Source: Nitrospirota bacterium
GTDB taxonomy: Bacteria; Nitrospirota; UBA9217
NCBI GenBank assembly: GCA_963737155.1
Contig: CAVTRN010000002.1
Location: 1,344,001 to 1,408,000 of the forward strand
Reading direction: 5' to 3'
Length of the DNA: 64,000 bases
A program made the position numbers and the translations under genes. Below, in pieces: positions 20,925 through 33,589 of the stretch; within the stretch, counting starts at the first letter, position 1; every line of letters starts with the position of its first letter. The notes under the pieces are model-generated. The model worked only from the letters and a program-made list of their open reading frames with translations. It was not told where the DNA came from and made no database searches.

Positions 20925-21563
20925 ATGATCCTTATGCGACTCGTTGTAGGTCCTCTGCAGGTAAATTGTTTCCTCCTCGCGGACGATAAAACCAAAGAGG
21001 CAGTGGTAATCGATCCGGGTGACGACGCCCCGGAAATTTTGAAAATCATAAGGGAGAAAGGGCTTAAGGTAAAATTTATCATTAATACCCATGCCCATTT
21101 CGATCACATTGGCGCAAACAGGGCCATTAAGGAAGCAACCGGCGCGGAGCTGCTGATGCACGAGGACGATGCGGCGGTTCTTGCCACTGCATCGAGCCAG
21201 TCCCGCTCCTTCGGGATGAATCCCGTTTCCTCCCCGGAACCCGACAGGTTCCTGAAGCATGGAGACGTCATAAAGGCCGGAGAGGTGTCTTTGAAAGTAT
21301 TGCATACGCCCGGTCACACGCCGGGAGGCATCAGCCTGCTGGAGGAAGGGCTGGTTTTTACGGGAGATTCTTTGTTCGCAGGATCCATAGGGAGGACGGA
21401 TTTTCCTGGAGGCGACCTCCAGACGCTCCTGCACTCCATCAGGACGAACCTCATGACCCTCCCGGACGATACCAAGGTCTTCTCCGGGCATGGTCCTGCT
21501 TCAACCATTGGCGACGAACGTACGGAAAACCCCTTCTTGAACGAAGATTCCGGATTTGTATAG
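20925..21563 (+). CDS. MBL-fold metallo-hydrolase (glyoxalase II-like)
   Basis: THAHFDHIG, HTPGHT, TGD.LF..SIGRTD, GHG. Confidence 0.92.
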   Translation: MILMRLVVGPLQVNCFLLADDKTKEAVVIDPGDDAPEILKIIREKGLKVKFIINTHAHFDHIGANRAIKEATGAELLMHEDDAAVLATASSQSRSFGMNPVSSPEPDRFLKHGDVIKAGEVSLKVLHTPGHTPGGISLLEEGLVFTGDSLFAGSIGRTDFPGGDLQTLLHSIRTNLMTLPDDTKVFSGHGPASTIGDERTENPFLNEDSGFV

Positions 21564-21694
21564 TTGGTTTCTCTTGAGGTTTATCAGCTACTGTGGTAAG
21601 ATAAAAAATTCTCATTGAGCGATGCAGGGACGGGAAATACTATTCCGACATCCTGCGCCAGCAATCGCGCAACATGAATCATATTTTATTATGA

Positions 21695-23167
<1,473 letters not shown>

Positions 23168-23241
23168 AACTGGAGTCAACTGAGTACAGGAAACGCGAGA
23201 TAAGGGAAAAAACCGGCTGCAACGGGCTGGGAACATGAATT

Positions 23242-23427
23242 ATGTCGAAAGTCATTCCCATCAGGAAAGTACGGAGCGCAAAAAGCGAGAGCAATTCAGC
23301 CACAGACAGTCATGAGGGGTTCACTCCCTGCAGTCAAGACATGACCATCTGTGGTGATTGTCAAGGGAACAGGGCAAGGCATATGTGCCCGCGCCTAAAA
23401 GAGTGGCTGGCGAAGAATGAAAACTGA
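23242..23427 (+). CDS. Small hypothetical Cys-rich protein (61 aa)
   Basis: Fills the intergenic gap; C-x6-CxxC-x8-C pattern. Confidence 0.4.
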   Translation: MSKVIPIRKVRSAKSESNSATDSHEGFTPCSQDMTICGDCQGNRARHMCPRLKEWLAKNEN

Positions 23428-23509
23428 ATGCGCGGCAATTGTCGTCATATGATCTAAAGTCCAACGCTCTGGATGAATTTGTGCCCAGGGCGTTCTTGTT
23501 TGAATTGCC

Positions 23510-24460
23510 ATGGCTGATAAAATAAAGATAGGCATCAGCTCCTGTCTTCTCGGGAACTACGTCCGGTATGACGGGGGAAACAAGCTTGATCATAATCTTC
23601 GGGACACATTCGGACAATTTGTTGAATGGGTGCCAGTGTGTCCGGAAGTGGAATCGGGCCTGCCCGTGCCGAGGGAGGCCATGCACCTTGTCGGGAACAC
23701 CGTTGCTCCGAGGCTTGTAACAAAGATTACCGGAATTGACCACGGAGACCGCTTATCGGGGTGGACGAAAAGGAAACTTCGTTATCTGGACAAGGATGGC
23801 ATCTGTGGGTTTGTATTCAAGGCTCGGTCGCCCAGTTGCGGCTTGGATAACGTAAAAATCCATTCCCGGGCCGGAACAGCGCACGGCAAAGGCTCAGGAA
23901 TCTTTGTAAAGGCATTCATGGACCGGTTCCCGTCCCTCCCCATAGGAGATGAAGAGAGGATGCGGAATGCCGTTATCAGGGAGAATTTCATCGAACGAAT
24001 CTTCGTGTGCCAGAGATGGCGAGAATTTGAAATGCATGACGGCACAACTGCTGGCCTGGTTCGATTTCACGCCTCCCATAAACTTCTTATGATGTCTCAC
24101 AGTATCAAGCATCTGAGGGAACTCGGTGCGATGGTTACGAATGGAGAGAGACTGGGACGTTCCGTTTTATTCGAGAGGTATGAACAGGCTCTCGTGGCAT
24201 GCATGCGGCTTCCAGGAACTGTGAAGAAACACGTGAATGTCTTGCAGTACCTGGCGGGTAATTTCAAAAAACAGCTGTCTTGTGAGGATAAAGAGGAATT
24301 ACAGGATGCCATTCTCTGCTACCGCAGCGGCTTGGTCCCTCTGATTGTACCAATTACACTCATCAGGCATTATGCCAGGCAATATGATATTCCCTATCTG
24401 CAGCATCAGTGTTACCTGAATCCTCATCCGCTCGAACTGATGCTGAGATATCACGCCTAA
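23510..24460 (+). CDS. DUF523+DUF1722 protein (YbgA / 2-thiouracil desulfurase-like)
   Basis: GISSCLLG..VRYDG, PVCPEVE, SPSCG, HPLELML. Confidence 0.92.
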   Translation: MADKIKIGISSCLLGNYVRYDGGNKLDHNLRDTFGQFVEWVPVCPEVESGLPVPREAMHLVGNTVAPRLVTKITGIDHGDRLSGWTKRKLRYLDKDGICGFVFKARSPSCGLDNVKIHSRAGTAHGKGSGIFVKAFMDRFPSLPIGDEERMRNAVIRENFIERIFVCQRWREFEMHDGTTAGLVRFHASHKLLMMSHSIKHLRELGAMVTNGERLGRSVLFERYEQALVACMRLPGTVKKHVNVLQYLAGNFKKQLSCEDKEELQDAILCYRSGLVPLIVPITLIRHYARQYDIPYLQHQCYLNPHPLELMLRYHA

Positions 24461-24592
24461 ACAGAGATTTATTACCTCTCGTTGCTGGCATTCTGGAAAA
24501 CTTTTCGTTTGATTTTACCAGCCTGTGATGTTATTATTTTCGGCACTGCTGAAAAAAGTGAAATATAACGAGGTTCTCCGCAAAAATTGGAC

Positions 24593-27070
24593 ATGATGGA
24601 AAAATGGATTGGAAATGTTCTCCACTTATTCAAGAAGTTCGGCCGCTTTGTCTGGGAAAAGTTCAAAGTCTTCTGGTTCATGATCGTCGTTCCGTGTTTG
24701 AAAAATCTGACGCCTAAAAAAGCCCTTAAACTGCTCGGGATAGCCATCGTCGCAGGTGTGGTCTTCGTCGCTTTTCTGTTCTATATCCTTTCCTTCGGAC
24801 TACCCACGGTTGATTCTCTCAAGGACTACAAGCCGAGCCCCGGAACGGTTATTCTTTCTGAAGACGGACGAGTGCTCGGAAACATCAGGATCGAGAAAGG
24901 CGTCTATGTGCCGTTCAAGCGAATCCCGAAATTCATGGTGAATGCGCTGATTGCAACCGAGGATCCCCGATTTTACCAGCACGGTGGAATCGATTTCCGG
25001 GGGATCGTGCGGGCCGCGCTGAAAGACATCATTTCTGTCCAGCTGAAACAGGGCGGCAGCACTATTACCCAGCAGCTCACGAAAGTGGTATTCCTCTCGC
25101 CGGAACGGAAGTTCAAGCGGAAAATCAAGGAAATTATTCTTGCTCGTCGGCTCGAAAAGGAGCTGACCAAGAATGAGATTCTCGAACTCTATCTCAATAA
25201 AGTCTATTTCGGCCACGGCGCATACGGTGTCCAGATGGCGGCTGAGACCTACTTCGGGAAAAATATCTGGGAAGTTAATCAGGCTGAAGCTGCGTTGCTG
25301 GCCGGGCTGCCTCAATCGCCAATGGCCTACTCACCCTATGGCGACATTGACCTGACGAAACTGAGACAATCGCATGTTCTCAAGAGGATGGTCGAGGAAG
25401 GGTATATTAATGAAGCCCAGGCAAAGGACATCTATAACCAGCGCCTCAATCTCGAAAACCTGCGGCTCCAGGAGGAAGTGGCGCCCCACGTAGTCGACTA
25501 CATACGAAAGTACATTGAAAAAAAGTACGGTCTCGATAAACTTTACCAGGGTGGGCTAAAAGTCTATACGACCATAGACTTCGATCTTCAGCGCACTGCG
25601 GTCATGGCGCTCCGAGAAGGTTTGCGCGCCCTCGACAAGCGGCAGGGTTTTCGGGGAAAAGTCGGTTTCAAAAAGCTTAAATCAACAGCAATTCAGTGGA
25701 ACTCTCTTCGCGTAATGGTCAAGTCCGGCGAGAGCTTTAATGCCCAAGTGCTTGCTGTCGATGACAACACCATCACGGTTAAGGGCCGCGGTCTCATTGG
25801 ATACATAATGCACGACGACATGGCTTGGGCGCTTGTAAAGCAGAAGAGAAAAAAGGACGATCCCGAGGTGTTTAAGAAACCGCAGGATGTAGTCCAGGCA
25901 GGCGATATCATCAAGGTCAGGTTCAAGGATTTCGACAAAAAGAAGCAAATTGCATCCTTTATTCTGGATCAGGTACCACTTGTGGAGGGTGCCGTGGTCT
26001 CCATCGAGCCCTATACCGGCTATGTACGTGTCATGGTCGGTGGCTATGACTTTGTAGAGGGCGGTTTTAATCACGCCACTGACGCTAGAAGACAGCCGGG
26101 TTCCTCGTTCAAACCCTTTGTTTATGGAGCGGCGCTCGAAAACGGATTCACTCCGGCATCGATCTTGATGGATCTGCCGGTGATACATGAGAAGAGCGAA
26201 TCCGAGAAGAAAACCTGGAAACCGGAAAACTACGATGACCGGTTCCTGGGCCCCATGCGCATGCGTACCGCTCTCGCGCTCTCGCGCAACGCAGTGACCG
26301 TATCTCTACTCGAAAAAATCGGGCTTGAAAAGACCATAGATTTTGCCCGCAAGGCTGGAATCACCAGCCAGATCAACTATGACTATACTACAGCTTTGGG
26401 CTCCTCGGCGGTCACGCCGCTGGAACTTACATCTGCCTATGCGACTTTCGCTTCGCAGGGCGTGCGCACCGCGCCGATCCTCATAAAGAGCATTGTGGAC
26501 GGCACCGGAGCGGTCCTTGAAAACTATGAACCTCAGCCTGTGGAAGTGATAGATCCGACAACTGCCTATTTAGTCACAAGTCTCTTAAAGAGTGTAGTCG
26601 AAGAGGGAACGGGGCGGGGCGCGAAGGTTCTAGGCAGACCGGTAGCGGGCAAGACGGGAACAACGAACAACTTCATAGATGCCTGGTTTATCGGGTACGC
26701 ACCAAGTATTGTGACCGGCGTCTGGGTCGGGTATGACAACCCCCGGGCTTCCCTGGGCGACAAGGAGACCGGCGCGCGGGCCGCACTGCCTATCTGGATT
26801 CCTATCATGGCCAAGGCGCTCGCTAACAAACCGCCCGATGATTTTGCCCCGACCGAAGATATTGTATCCGTGAAAATCGATCCCGATACGGGTCTTCTAG
26901 CGCGTGACGGCCAGACTGATGCCATCACCGATGTTTTCCGCAAGGGGACGGAGCCAACGCAATATGCTGATATAAACGGGAAAAAAACGGACAAATTCTA
27001 TCTTTTCGATCAGGGTGGCGCTGAAAATGAGACGAAGAAACAGATACCGGAGGACGAGATTCCCGATTAG
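24593..27070 (+). CDS. mrcA: Class A penicillin-binding protein 1A
   Basis: EDPRFYQH, GGSTITQQL, SSFK, SRN, KTG. Confidence 0.95.
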   Translation: MMEKWIGNVLHLFKKFGRFVWEKFKVFWFMIVVPCLKNLTPKKALKLLGIAIVAGVVFVAFLFYILSFGLPTVDSLKDYKPSPGTVILSEDGRVLGNIRIEKGVYVPFKRIPKFMVNALIATEDPRFYQHGGIDFRGIVRAALKDIISVQLKQGGSTITQQLTKVVFLSPERKFKRKIKEIILARRLEKELTKNEILELYLNKVYFGHGAYGVQMAAETYFGKNIWEVNQAEAALLAGLPQSPMAYSPYGDIDLTKLRQSHVLKRMVEEGYINEAQAKDIYNQRLNLENLRLQEEVAPHVVDYIRKYIEKKYGLDKLYQGGLKVYTTIDFDLQRTAVMALREGLRALDKRQGFRGKVGFKKLKSTAIQWNSLRVMVKSGESFNAQVLAVDDNTITVKGRGLIGYIMHDDMAWALVKQKRKKDDPEVFKKPQDVVQAGDIIKVRFKDFDKKKQIASFILDQVPLVEGAVVSIEPYTGYVRVMVGGYDFVEGGFNHATDARRQPGSSFKPFVYGAALENGFTPASILMDLPVIHEKSESEKKTWKPENYDDRFLGPMRMRTALALSRNAVTVSLLEKIGLEKTIDFARKAGITSQINYDYTTALGSSAVTPLELTSAYATFASQGVRTAPILIKSIVDGTGAVLENYEPQPVEVIDPTTAYLVTSLLKSVVEEGTGRGAKVLGRPVAGKTGTTNNFIDAWFIGYAPSIVTGVWVGYDNPRASLGDKETGARAALPIWIPIMAKALANKPPDDFAPTEDIVSVKIDPDTGLLARDGQTDAITDVFRKGTEPTQYADINGKKTDKFYLFDQGGAENETKKQIPEDEIPD

Positions 27071-27140
27071 AGGATATACCGGAATTAGCAGACCGGGATA
27101 GCATGAAGATGATGATAAGCGGGCCAGGGAAGGAAATTGA

Positions 27141-29921
27141 ATGGATTATAAAACAACACTGAATCTGCCAAAAACAGAATTCCCCATGAAGGCGAATCTG
27201 AAAGACCTCGAGCCTCGTCTCATCGAAAAATGGTTGCAGGAAAACATCTACGGCCAGATCCAGCAGCAGGCGGAAGGCAGGCCCACCTATATCCTCCATG
27301 ACGGGCCCCCCTATGCGAACGGCCACATCCATATTGGTCACGCGCTGAACAAGACCCTGAAAGATATCATTGTCAAGTTTAAGACCATGGAAGGGTTCAA
27401 GAGCCCCTACGTGCCGGGCTGGGACTGCCACGGACTTCCGATTGAGCACCAAGTTCTCAAGAACCTTGGCCAGAAGAAAGAAAGGATGAGCCAAAACGAA
27501 ATCCGGAAACTTTGCCGTGAGTATGCCCAGAAATTTATCGACATTCAGCGTAGCGAGTTCAAGCGGCTTGGCGTGTTCGGCGACTGGGACAATCCCTATC
27601 TAACCATGGACTTTGCCTATGAGGCCGCCATCGTACGAGAATTGGGTAAATTTGTCGGAGCCGGGGACGTTTATAAAGGGAAGAAACCTGTATACTGGTG
27701 CGGCTTCGACGAAACAGCCCTCGCAGAGGCGGAGGTCGAATATGCTGATCACGAATCGCCTTCTGTATTCGTGCGATTCGAGCTTCCCGACGCGGCAAAA
27801 GCGCTTCCGTCGCTCAGTGGGAGAAAAGTAGCGATTGTGATCTGGACCACCACACCTTGGACGCTTGTTGCGAACCTGGCTGTTGCGCTCCATCCCGAGT
27901 TCGACTATGCAGCCATCGAACACGAGGGCACGGTGCTTATCTTGGCTGATGGCCTCCTGAAGCAGACAATGGATAAGTTTGGCATCAAGAACTACCAGGT
28001 GATCGAGAAGTTCAAAGGCCGTAAGCTTGAAGGCCTGAAAGCGCGCCATCCTTTTCTTGATCGCGACTCCCTCGTAATCCTCGGTGATCACGTGACTCTT
28101 GAAGCCGGCACAGGAGCCGTGCATACCGCTCCTGGTCATGGTCAGGAAGACTACGAGGCGGGGATCCGTTACGGCCTTGATATCTATGCCCCTGTCGATA
28201 ATAAAGGTCGGTTCACGATGGAAGCCGGCGAGTTCGCGGGTCAGCAGGTGTACAAAGCGAACAAGGGTATCATTGAATTGCTCAAAAGCAGGGGAGCGCT
28301 CGTAGCCGAGGAAAAGATCGTTCACTCCTATCCTCATTGCTGGCGGTGCAAGAATCCAGTGATTTTCCGCGCGACGGAGCAGTGGTTTATCTCAATGCAC
28401 AAAAATGATCTCCTGAAAAAAGCCATCGAAAACATCCACAAGATCGACTGGGTGCCGGTTTGGGGCAAGGAGCGCATTCTCGGCATGATGGAGAACAGGC
28501 CAGACTGGTGCATTTCGCGTCAGAGGGCGTGGGGTGTGCCGATTATCGCCTTCACCTGTAAAGCGTGCAACGAACTCCTCTTGGATCAGCAGGTCATAAA
28601 TCACGTAGCGGACATTGTTGAAAAAGAAGGTGCCGATGCCTGGTTTGAAAGGAGCGCGGCCGAACTGCTTCCGCGGGGGACGGCATGCAAAAAGTGCGGC
28701 CTGGGGAACCTTGCGAAGGAGATGGACATCCTTGACGTGTGGTTCGACTCGGGCGTGAGTCACGCCGCAGTCCTCAAGGAACGAAAAGAACTTTCATGGC
28801 CCGCCGATCTGTATCTCGAAGGCAGCGATCAGCATCGGGGCTGGTTCCAGTCGTCGCTTCTTACGTCAGTGGCAACCACGGGCAGGGCCCCGTATCAAAC
28901 AGTGCTGACGCATGGTTTTACGATGGATGGCTCGGGGAAGAAGATGAGTAAATCGGCGGGCAACATCGTAGCGCCGCAGGAAGTGATAGATAAATTTGGT
29001 GCTGAAGTGCTAAGGCTCTGGGTTTCCTCGGTTGACTATCGGGACGATCAGAAGATATCGCAGGAAATCCTATCTCACCTTGCCGAAGCTTACCGTAGAA
29101 TCAGGAATACTACCCGTTACCTGCTCGGCAATCTTGCGGACTTCGATCTCGCCACAGGCCGTGTCGCCGACAAGGACCTTCTTGAGATCGACCGCTGGGC
29201 GCTGCATCGTCTGCAGAAACTGGTCCAGCGCGTGCGGAAAGCGTATGATGATTTCGAGTTCCACGTCGTTTTTCATTCCATCCATAATTTCTGCGCGGTT
29301 GACATGAGTGCCTTTTATCTCGATATTTTGAAGGACCGGCTCTATACCGCCAGGGCCGAATCCATCGAACGGAGGTCAGGGCAGACCGCCCTGCACGCGA
29401 TTCTTTCTGCTATGGTGCGCCTCATGGCACCGGTGCTCTCCTTCACTGCGGACGAAGTCTGGTGCTACGTGAAAGATGGATCGCCTGCAAAGAGCGTATT
29501 TCTGCAATCCTTTCCGCAGGTCGAGGATAAATATATCGATAATGAACTGGAAACGCGGTGGGAACGGATCATCGCCATCCGCAGCGAAACCGCAAAAGTT
29601 CTTGAAGCACTTCGTCGTGCCAAGAAAATCGGCCATTCTCTGGATGCCGCGGTCAAAATCTATGCAGAGGTGCAACTTTTAGACTTCCTGCAGAGGTACA
29701 AAAACGATCTCGCATTCATCTTCATTGTTTCATCAGTAGAAATTGCAAAAGAAACCAACGCGCCGCCTGATGCCTACACAAGCGATGTTGTCAAAGGGCT
29801 CAAAATTGCGGCCACTCCGGCAGGAGGCGAGAAATGCTCCCGTTGCTGGATGTACAGCGAGACTGTAGGCCAGGTGAAGGACCATCCCGGGATCTGCGCC
29901 AGGTGTGGGTCGAATTTGTAG
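27141..29921 (+). CDS. ileS: Isoleucine--tRNA ligase (type 1)
   Basis: HDGPPYANGHIHIGH, KMSKS, C-terminal CSRC..CARC. Confidence 0.98.
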   Translation: MDYKTTLNLPKTEFPMKANLKDLEPRLIEKWLQENIYGQIQQQAEGRPTYILHDGPPYANGHIHIGHALNKTLKDIIVKFKTMEGFKSPYVPGWDCHGLPIEHQVLKNLGQKKERMSQNEIRKLCREYAQKFIDIQRSEFKRLGVFGDWDNPYLTMDFAYEAAIVRELGKFVGAGDVYKGKKPVYWCGFDETALAEAEVEYADHESPSVFVRFELPDAAKALPSLSGRKVAIVIWTTTPWTLVANLAVALHPEFDYAAIEHEGTVLILADGLLKQTMDKFGIKNYQVIEKFKGRKLEGLKARHPFLDRDSLVILGDHVTLEAGTGAVHTAPGHGQEDYEAGIRYGLDIYAPVDNKGRFTMEAGEFAGQQVYKANKGIIELLKSRGALVAEEKIVHSYPHCWRCKNPVIFRATEQWFISMHKNDLLKKAIENIHKIDWVPVWGKERILGMMENRPDWCISRQRAWGVPIIAFTCKACNELLLDQQVINHVADIVEKEGADAWFERSAAELLPRGTACKKCGLGNLAKEMDILDVWFDSGVSHAAVLKERKELSWPADLYLEGSDQHRGWFQSSLLTSVATTGRAPYQTVLTHGFTMDGSGKKMSKSAGNIVAPQEVIDKFGAEVLRLWVSSVDYRDDQKISQEILSHLAEAYRRIRNTTRYLLGNLADFDLATGRVADKDLLEIDRWALHRLQKLVQRVRKAYDDFEFHVVFHSIHNFCAVDMSAFYLDILKDRLYTARAESIERRSGQTALHAILSAMVRLMAPVLSFTADEVWCYVKDGSPAKSVFLQSFPQVEDKYIDNELETRWERIIAIRSETAKVLEALRRAKKIGHSLDAAVKIYAEVQLLDFLQRYKNDLAFIFIVSSVEIAKETNAPPDAYTSDVVKGLKIAATPAGGEKCSRCWMYSETVGQVKDHPGICARCGSNL

Positions 29922-30018
29922 CGCATGCGGCACCGTCCCTCTCCGGAACATCTTCGCTTGGGTGAATCGCGGGGTATTTTCAGCTAGAGAAATTGTACTT
30001 TTTCAACTTAGGAGAAGG

Positions 30019-30522
30019 ATGAAAAACAAATATCGCTGGGTCGGCTCCATTATCGGCATAATACTGCTGCTAGACCAGGCCACAAAGTATTTAATTGAAA
30101 AGCATGTCCGCCTGTTCGAGGTTATTCCCGTCATCCCGGACTTTTTCAATATCACCCATGTGATGAATAAAGGTGCTGCATTCAGTCTGTTTGCGAGCGC
30201 TCCCGAGTTATTTCGGAGCTTTTTTTTCACCACGGTGACCACCGCGGCTGTTGTGGTGATCGTCCTCTTGATCCGGAAAACCAACGAGCGTCTGCTGGTA
30301 GTGGCCTTTTCACTCATTGCCGGTGGTGCGGTCGGAAACCTCATCGATCGTGTGCGCTACGGCGAGGTCGTGGACTTCATTCAGTGGTACGTTAAGTCCT
30401 ACTACTGGCCGTCTTTCAACGTGGCGGATTCGGCAATTACATTGGGCGTCTGCCTGCTTGCGTTTGATATGCTGCTTCAGAAACCTGCTAATAGCGGGAG
30501 CAATCGGCCCACGAAGCGGTAA
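30019..30522 (+). CDS. lspA: Signal peptidase II
   Basis: DQATK, NKGAAF, GNLIDR, VVDF, FNVAD. Confidence 0.96.
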   Translation: MKNKYRWVGSIIGIILLLDQATKYLIEKHVRLFEVIPVIPDFFNITHVMNKGAAFSLFASAPELFRSFFFTTVTTAAVVVIVLLIRKTNERLLVVAFSLIAGGAVGNLIDRVRYGEVVDFIQWYVKSYYWPSFNVADSAITLGVCLLAFDMLLQKPANSGSNRPTKR

Positions 30523-30729
30523 ACAGAGCTCTATAATTTGAGCTGCACTTTATCGATGTGTTTCTCCTGCTGTTCAAAGCGGCTAAGGAATATTATGTGT
30601 CCCATCTGGCTTGAAATACCTCGGCTAGAATTTTCAGGGAGGGTCATCGGCGCTCTCCCTATCAGACTTTATCATCGGGTTTTATCACGATGCAAGACCT
30701 CATAGGTTGTTTCCTTGATTTCTAGTGCC

Positions 30730-31671
30730 ATGGTGCTCATTGTTGTAACGGAAAAACACGTAGGCAAGCGTTTGGACATCTTTATTGCCCACTACGAGCC
30801 TCATATCTCGCGTAATCGTATTCAGGTGATGATCAAAGGTGGCTTCGCTCTCGTCAACGGGAAACCGGTAAAGACCGGATATAAAGTAAAACTCGGTGAA
30901 CAGGTTACGTTGGACATGCCTGAGAGGCCAGTCCGCAAGGTGTTACCGGAAGCCATCCCTTTAAATGTTATCTATGAGGACTCCGATATTGTCGTACTGA
31001 ACAAACCACCAGGGCTTGTCGTTCACCCCGCTCCGGGAAATTATAACGGTACTCTGGTGAACGGCCTCTTGTATCATTACGGGAGCCTGCCGTCATCGGG
31101 GCCGGGAATGCAAGGAAACGAGCGTGAGCGTGCTGGTATCGTTCACCGTCTGGACAAGGACACGTCGGGGGTAATAGTTGTGGCGAGAACCGACAAAGCA
31201 CTCCGTTCTCTTTCAGGGCAGTTCAAGAACCGAGTTGTCAAGAAAAAATACATCGCTCTAGTTGCAGGAGTAATTAAAAAAGGCTCGGGCACTATTGAAG
31301 CAAGCCTCGGCAGGCATGTAAAAGAGCGTAAAAAGATCAGCATCCATACGCACAGTCCGCGGGAGGCTGTCACGAGTTTTGTCGTGAAAGAACGGTATAG
31401 GAACGCGACGCTCGTCGAGATCGAGATCAAGACGGGGAGGACTCACCAAATACGGGTTCATATGGCTCATATTGGGCACCCTGTGCTCGGCGACCGGGTT
31501 TATGGAGGGAGCAAAGCAACAAATTCCGGGGAAGGTGGGATTGCGCGCCAGATGCTCCATGCGGAATCACTTTCACTCCTTCATCCTGAAACAGGGCATC
31601 CCATGACTTTCAGCGTTCCGCCGCCTCGGGACATGATGGATGTCATCGAAAAAAACAGGATAATCAAATAA
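30730..31671 (+). CDS. rluD: RluA/RluD family pseudouridine synthase with S4 domain
   Basis: S4 domain, NKPPGLVVHP, HRLDKDTSG, TGRTHQIR. Confidence 0.92.
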   Translation: MVLIVVTEKHVGKRLDIFIAHYEPHISRNRIQVMIKGGFALVNGKPVKTGYKVKLGEQVTLDMPERPVRKVLPEAIPLNVIYEDSDIVVLNKPPGLVVHPAPGNYNGTLVNGLLYHYGSLPSSGPGMQGNERERAGIVHRLDKDTSGVIVVARTDKALRSLSGQFKNRVVKKKYIALVAGVIKKGSGTIEASLGRHVKERKKISIHTHSPREAVTSFVVKERYRNATLVEIEIKTGRTHQIRVHMAHIGHPVLGDRVYGGSKATNSGEGGIARQMLHAESLSLLHPETGHPMTFSVPPPRDMMDVIEKNRIIK

Positions 31672-31809
31672 AAAAAGTCTTATAAAAAGTCGCGATTTAT
31701 GTTTTTGACGTTGTTTCCGTTTATCCGGAATGGTTTCTTGTCAGCATGGCATTCGGCAGCATATTTCCGGACAGGCAGGAACGTTAACTTTTTTCAAACG
31801 AATCAAATA

Positions 31810-31964
31810 AGGATTTTAACCGTTATCCCGGTGGTATATCCTGCGTGCTCTCATCATGCTCTCGCATTCGACAATGGCCTGGGCAGCCCTGCTATCGAAT
31901 TTCTGACTGAAAAGTATGATTTTGGGAAAGTAACCCAAGGGGTGTAGCTGGAGTATCAGTTTGA
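31810..31964 (+). pseudogene. 5' part of a DUF1573-domain gene interrupted by an IS
   Basis: PAIEFLTEKYDFGKVTQGV*LEYQF matches the DUF1573 N-terminus; joins in frame with 33590 onward; start uncertain. Confidence 0.75.
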
Positions 31965-33589
31965 ACACCGGTCCGCGCATTCCCCCTGCTAGGCGCGAAG
32001 CGCCAGGAGGCGGGTCAAGCGGACCGGTGTTGGTTTAAATCCCCGCTTAGATTCCGTGTTTGCAATATTGCGTTGTGTAGTTGTGCTATAATATCTCGCA
32101 TGGCATCAGGAACAAGCGGAGTTAAATTCAGGGCGTATCCGACGGAGAAGCAGCAAGAGAAACTGTCTCAGTGGTTCGGCTGCCAGCCGCCTGATATACA
32201 ACAGCAAAGTATCAGAATCGCAGTATTTCTACACCTTCAGGAAACACTCCCTTTCTTTTACCGGCATGCGGCTTCCAAACGATCAACAATACTCGCAGTT
32301 CAAGGACAAAGAGCTCACCCCGTTTTTGTACGAGCTGCCTTCACAAGTACTCCGTAATGGTGCCGTCAGATTCATGGGCGCTCAACAGCGGTTTTTCAAA
32401 GGGCTCGCCGAGCGTCCAACGTTCAAGAAGAAATCTGGTCGCCAAACCGTTTGGCTTACAAAAGAACTATTTCAGTTCGAGCCCACCGGCACGCAAAAGC
32501 GGCCACAAAACCAAACAGGGTAAAACAATCTACGAGCACAAGCTGATGATCGGCACAAAAACACACAACCTCGGAGAATTGCGTTTTAAGGCCCATACGG
32601 AATACGATTTACCGGCGACTATTACAATTGCGCGGGATGCCGGTAAGTGGTTTGTCTCCTTCTCCTATGCAGCGTCTGATGACCTCAATTTATCGGAATC
32701 CGATCTTATCGCCCGTTACTCAGCGATGAACGCCTAAAATCTCAATAAAATCACGATGGGGATAGACCGTGGTGTGGATATCCCTGCCGTAACAAGCGCC
32801 GATGAAAATCATGACTACACTGACAATCAAAAAAGCAACCTCGTTAAAAAAGAAGCTCGCCGGAAACGCTACCAGCGAATGATGGCCCGCAGACAAAAAG
32901 GGTCAGGTCGCAGGAAGCGCGCAAATATTAAAGTTTCAAGCTGCCATGCACATGCAGCCCATGTCCGCTTAGACTTCGCCCACAAAACCAGCCGAAAACT
33001 GGTTGATTCCGATGCAGAAATCATCGTATTCGAGGACCTTAAAGTCAAGAAAATGACCAAAGCGCCGGAACCTAAACCAGCAGATAACGGTACGGGCGCA
33101 TATCTCCCCAACGGAGCTGCCGCCAAAGCAGGACTCAATAAAGCGATCCTAGCGTCCGCCTGGGGCAAAGTAAAGCTGTTCACCACGTACAAAGCCAAAA
33201 GAGCAAACAAACTCGTCATAGCCGTACCGCCACACTGCACGTCGCAGGAGTGTTCGAAGTGTTCGCACACTCACCCGGGTAATCGCCAGTCTCAGGCGAT
33301 ATTCGAATGCCAATGCTGCGGATTTACAGCAAACGCCGACTTTAATGCATCCGTCTCTGTCAAAAATAGGGGTATCCGGATGCTGGTCGCCGGCGAGATT
33401 GCCGTAAAGCAAACAACGCGTGCTATGCGGTTAAAGAAAACGCAACAACTAGGTCGGGAACCGGCCGAAGTTACGCGCGGGGAGATGGAAGTAAGACGAC
33501 CTGAGGGCACATGCCTTAAGGTCGCATCCGTCGGGAACCGTGAAACCCCCACTACAACCATTCTTACGATTTAGTGGCGGGAGAGTTCA
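31965..33589 (+). mobile_element. IS200/IS605-family tnpB-only (IS1341-like) element
   Basis: Follows TTGA; left 13-bp inverted repeat 31964-31976/32019-32031; right hairpin CCCCACTA..TAGTGGCGGG ending GAGAGTTCA; no target duplication; removal restores the flanking frame. Confidence 0.85.
32100..33574 (+). pseudogene. tnpB: RNA-guided endonuclease TnpB, disrupted by two frameshifts and a stop
   Basis: KFRAYPT..Q N-terminus; RuvC GIDRG / FEDL / NADFNA; CSKC..CQCC; split over frames near 32190 and 32490 with TAA at 32735. Confidence 0.9.
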
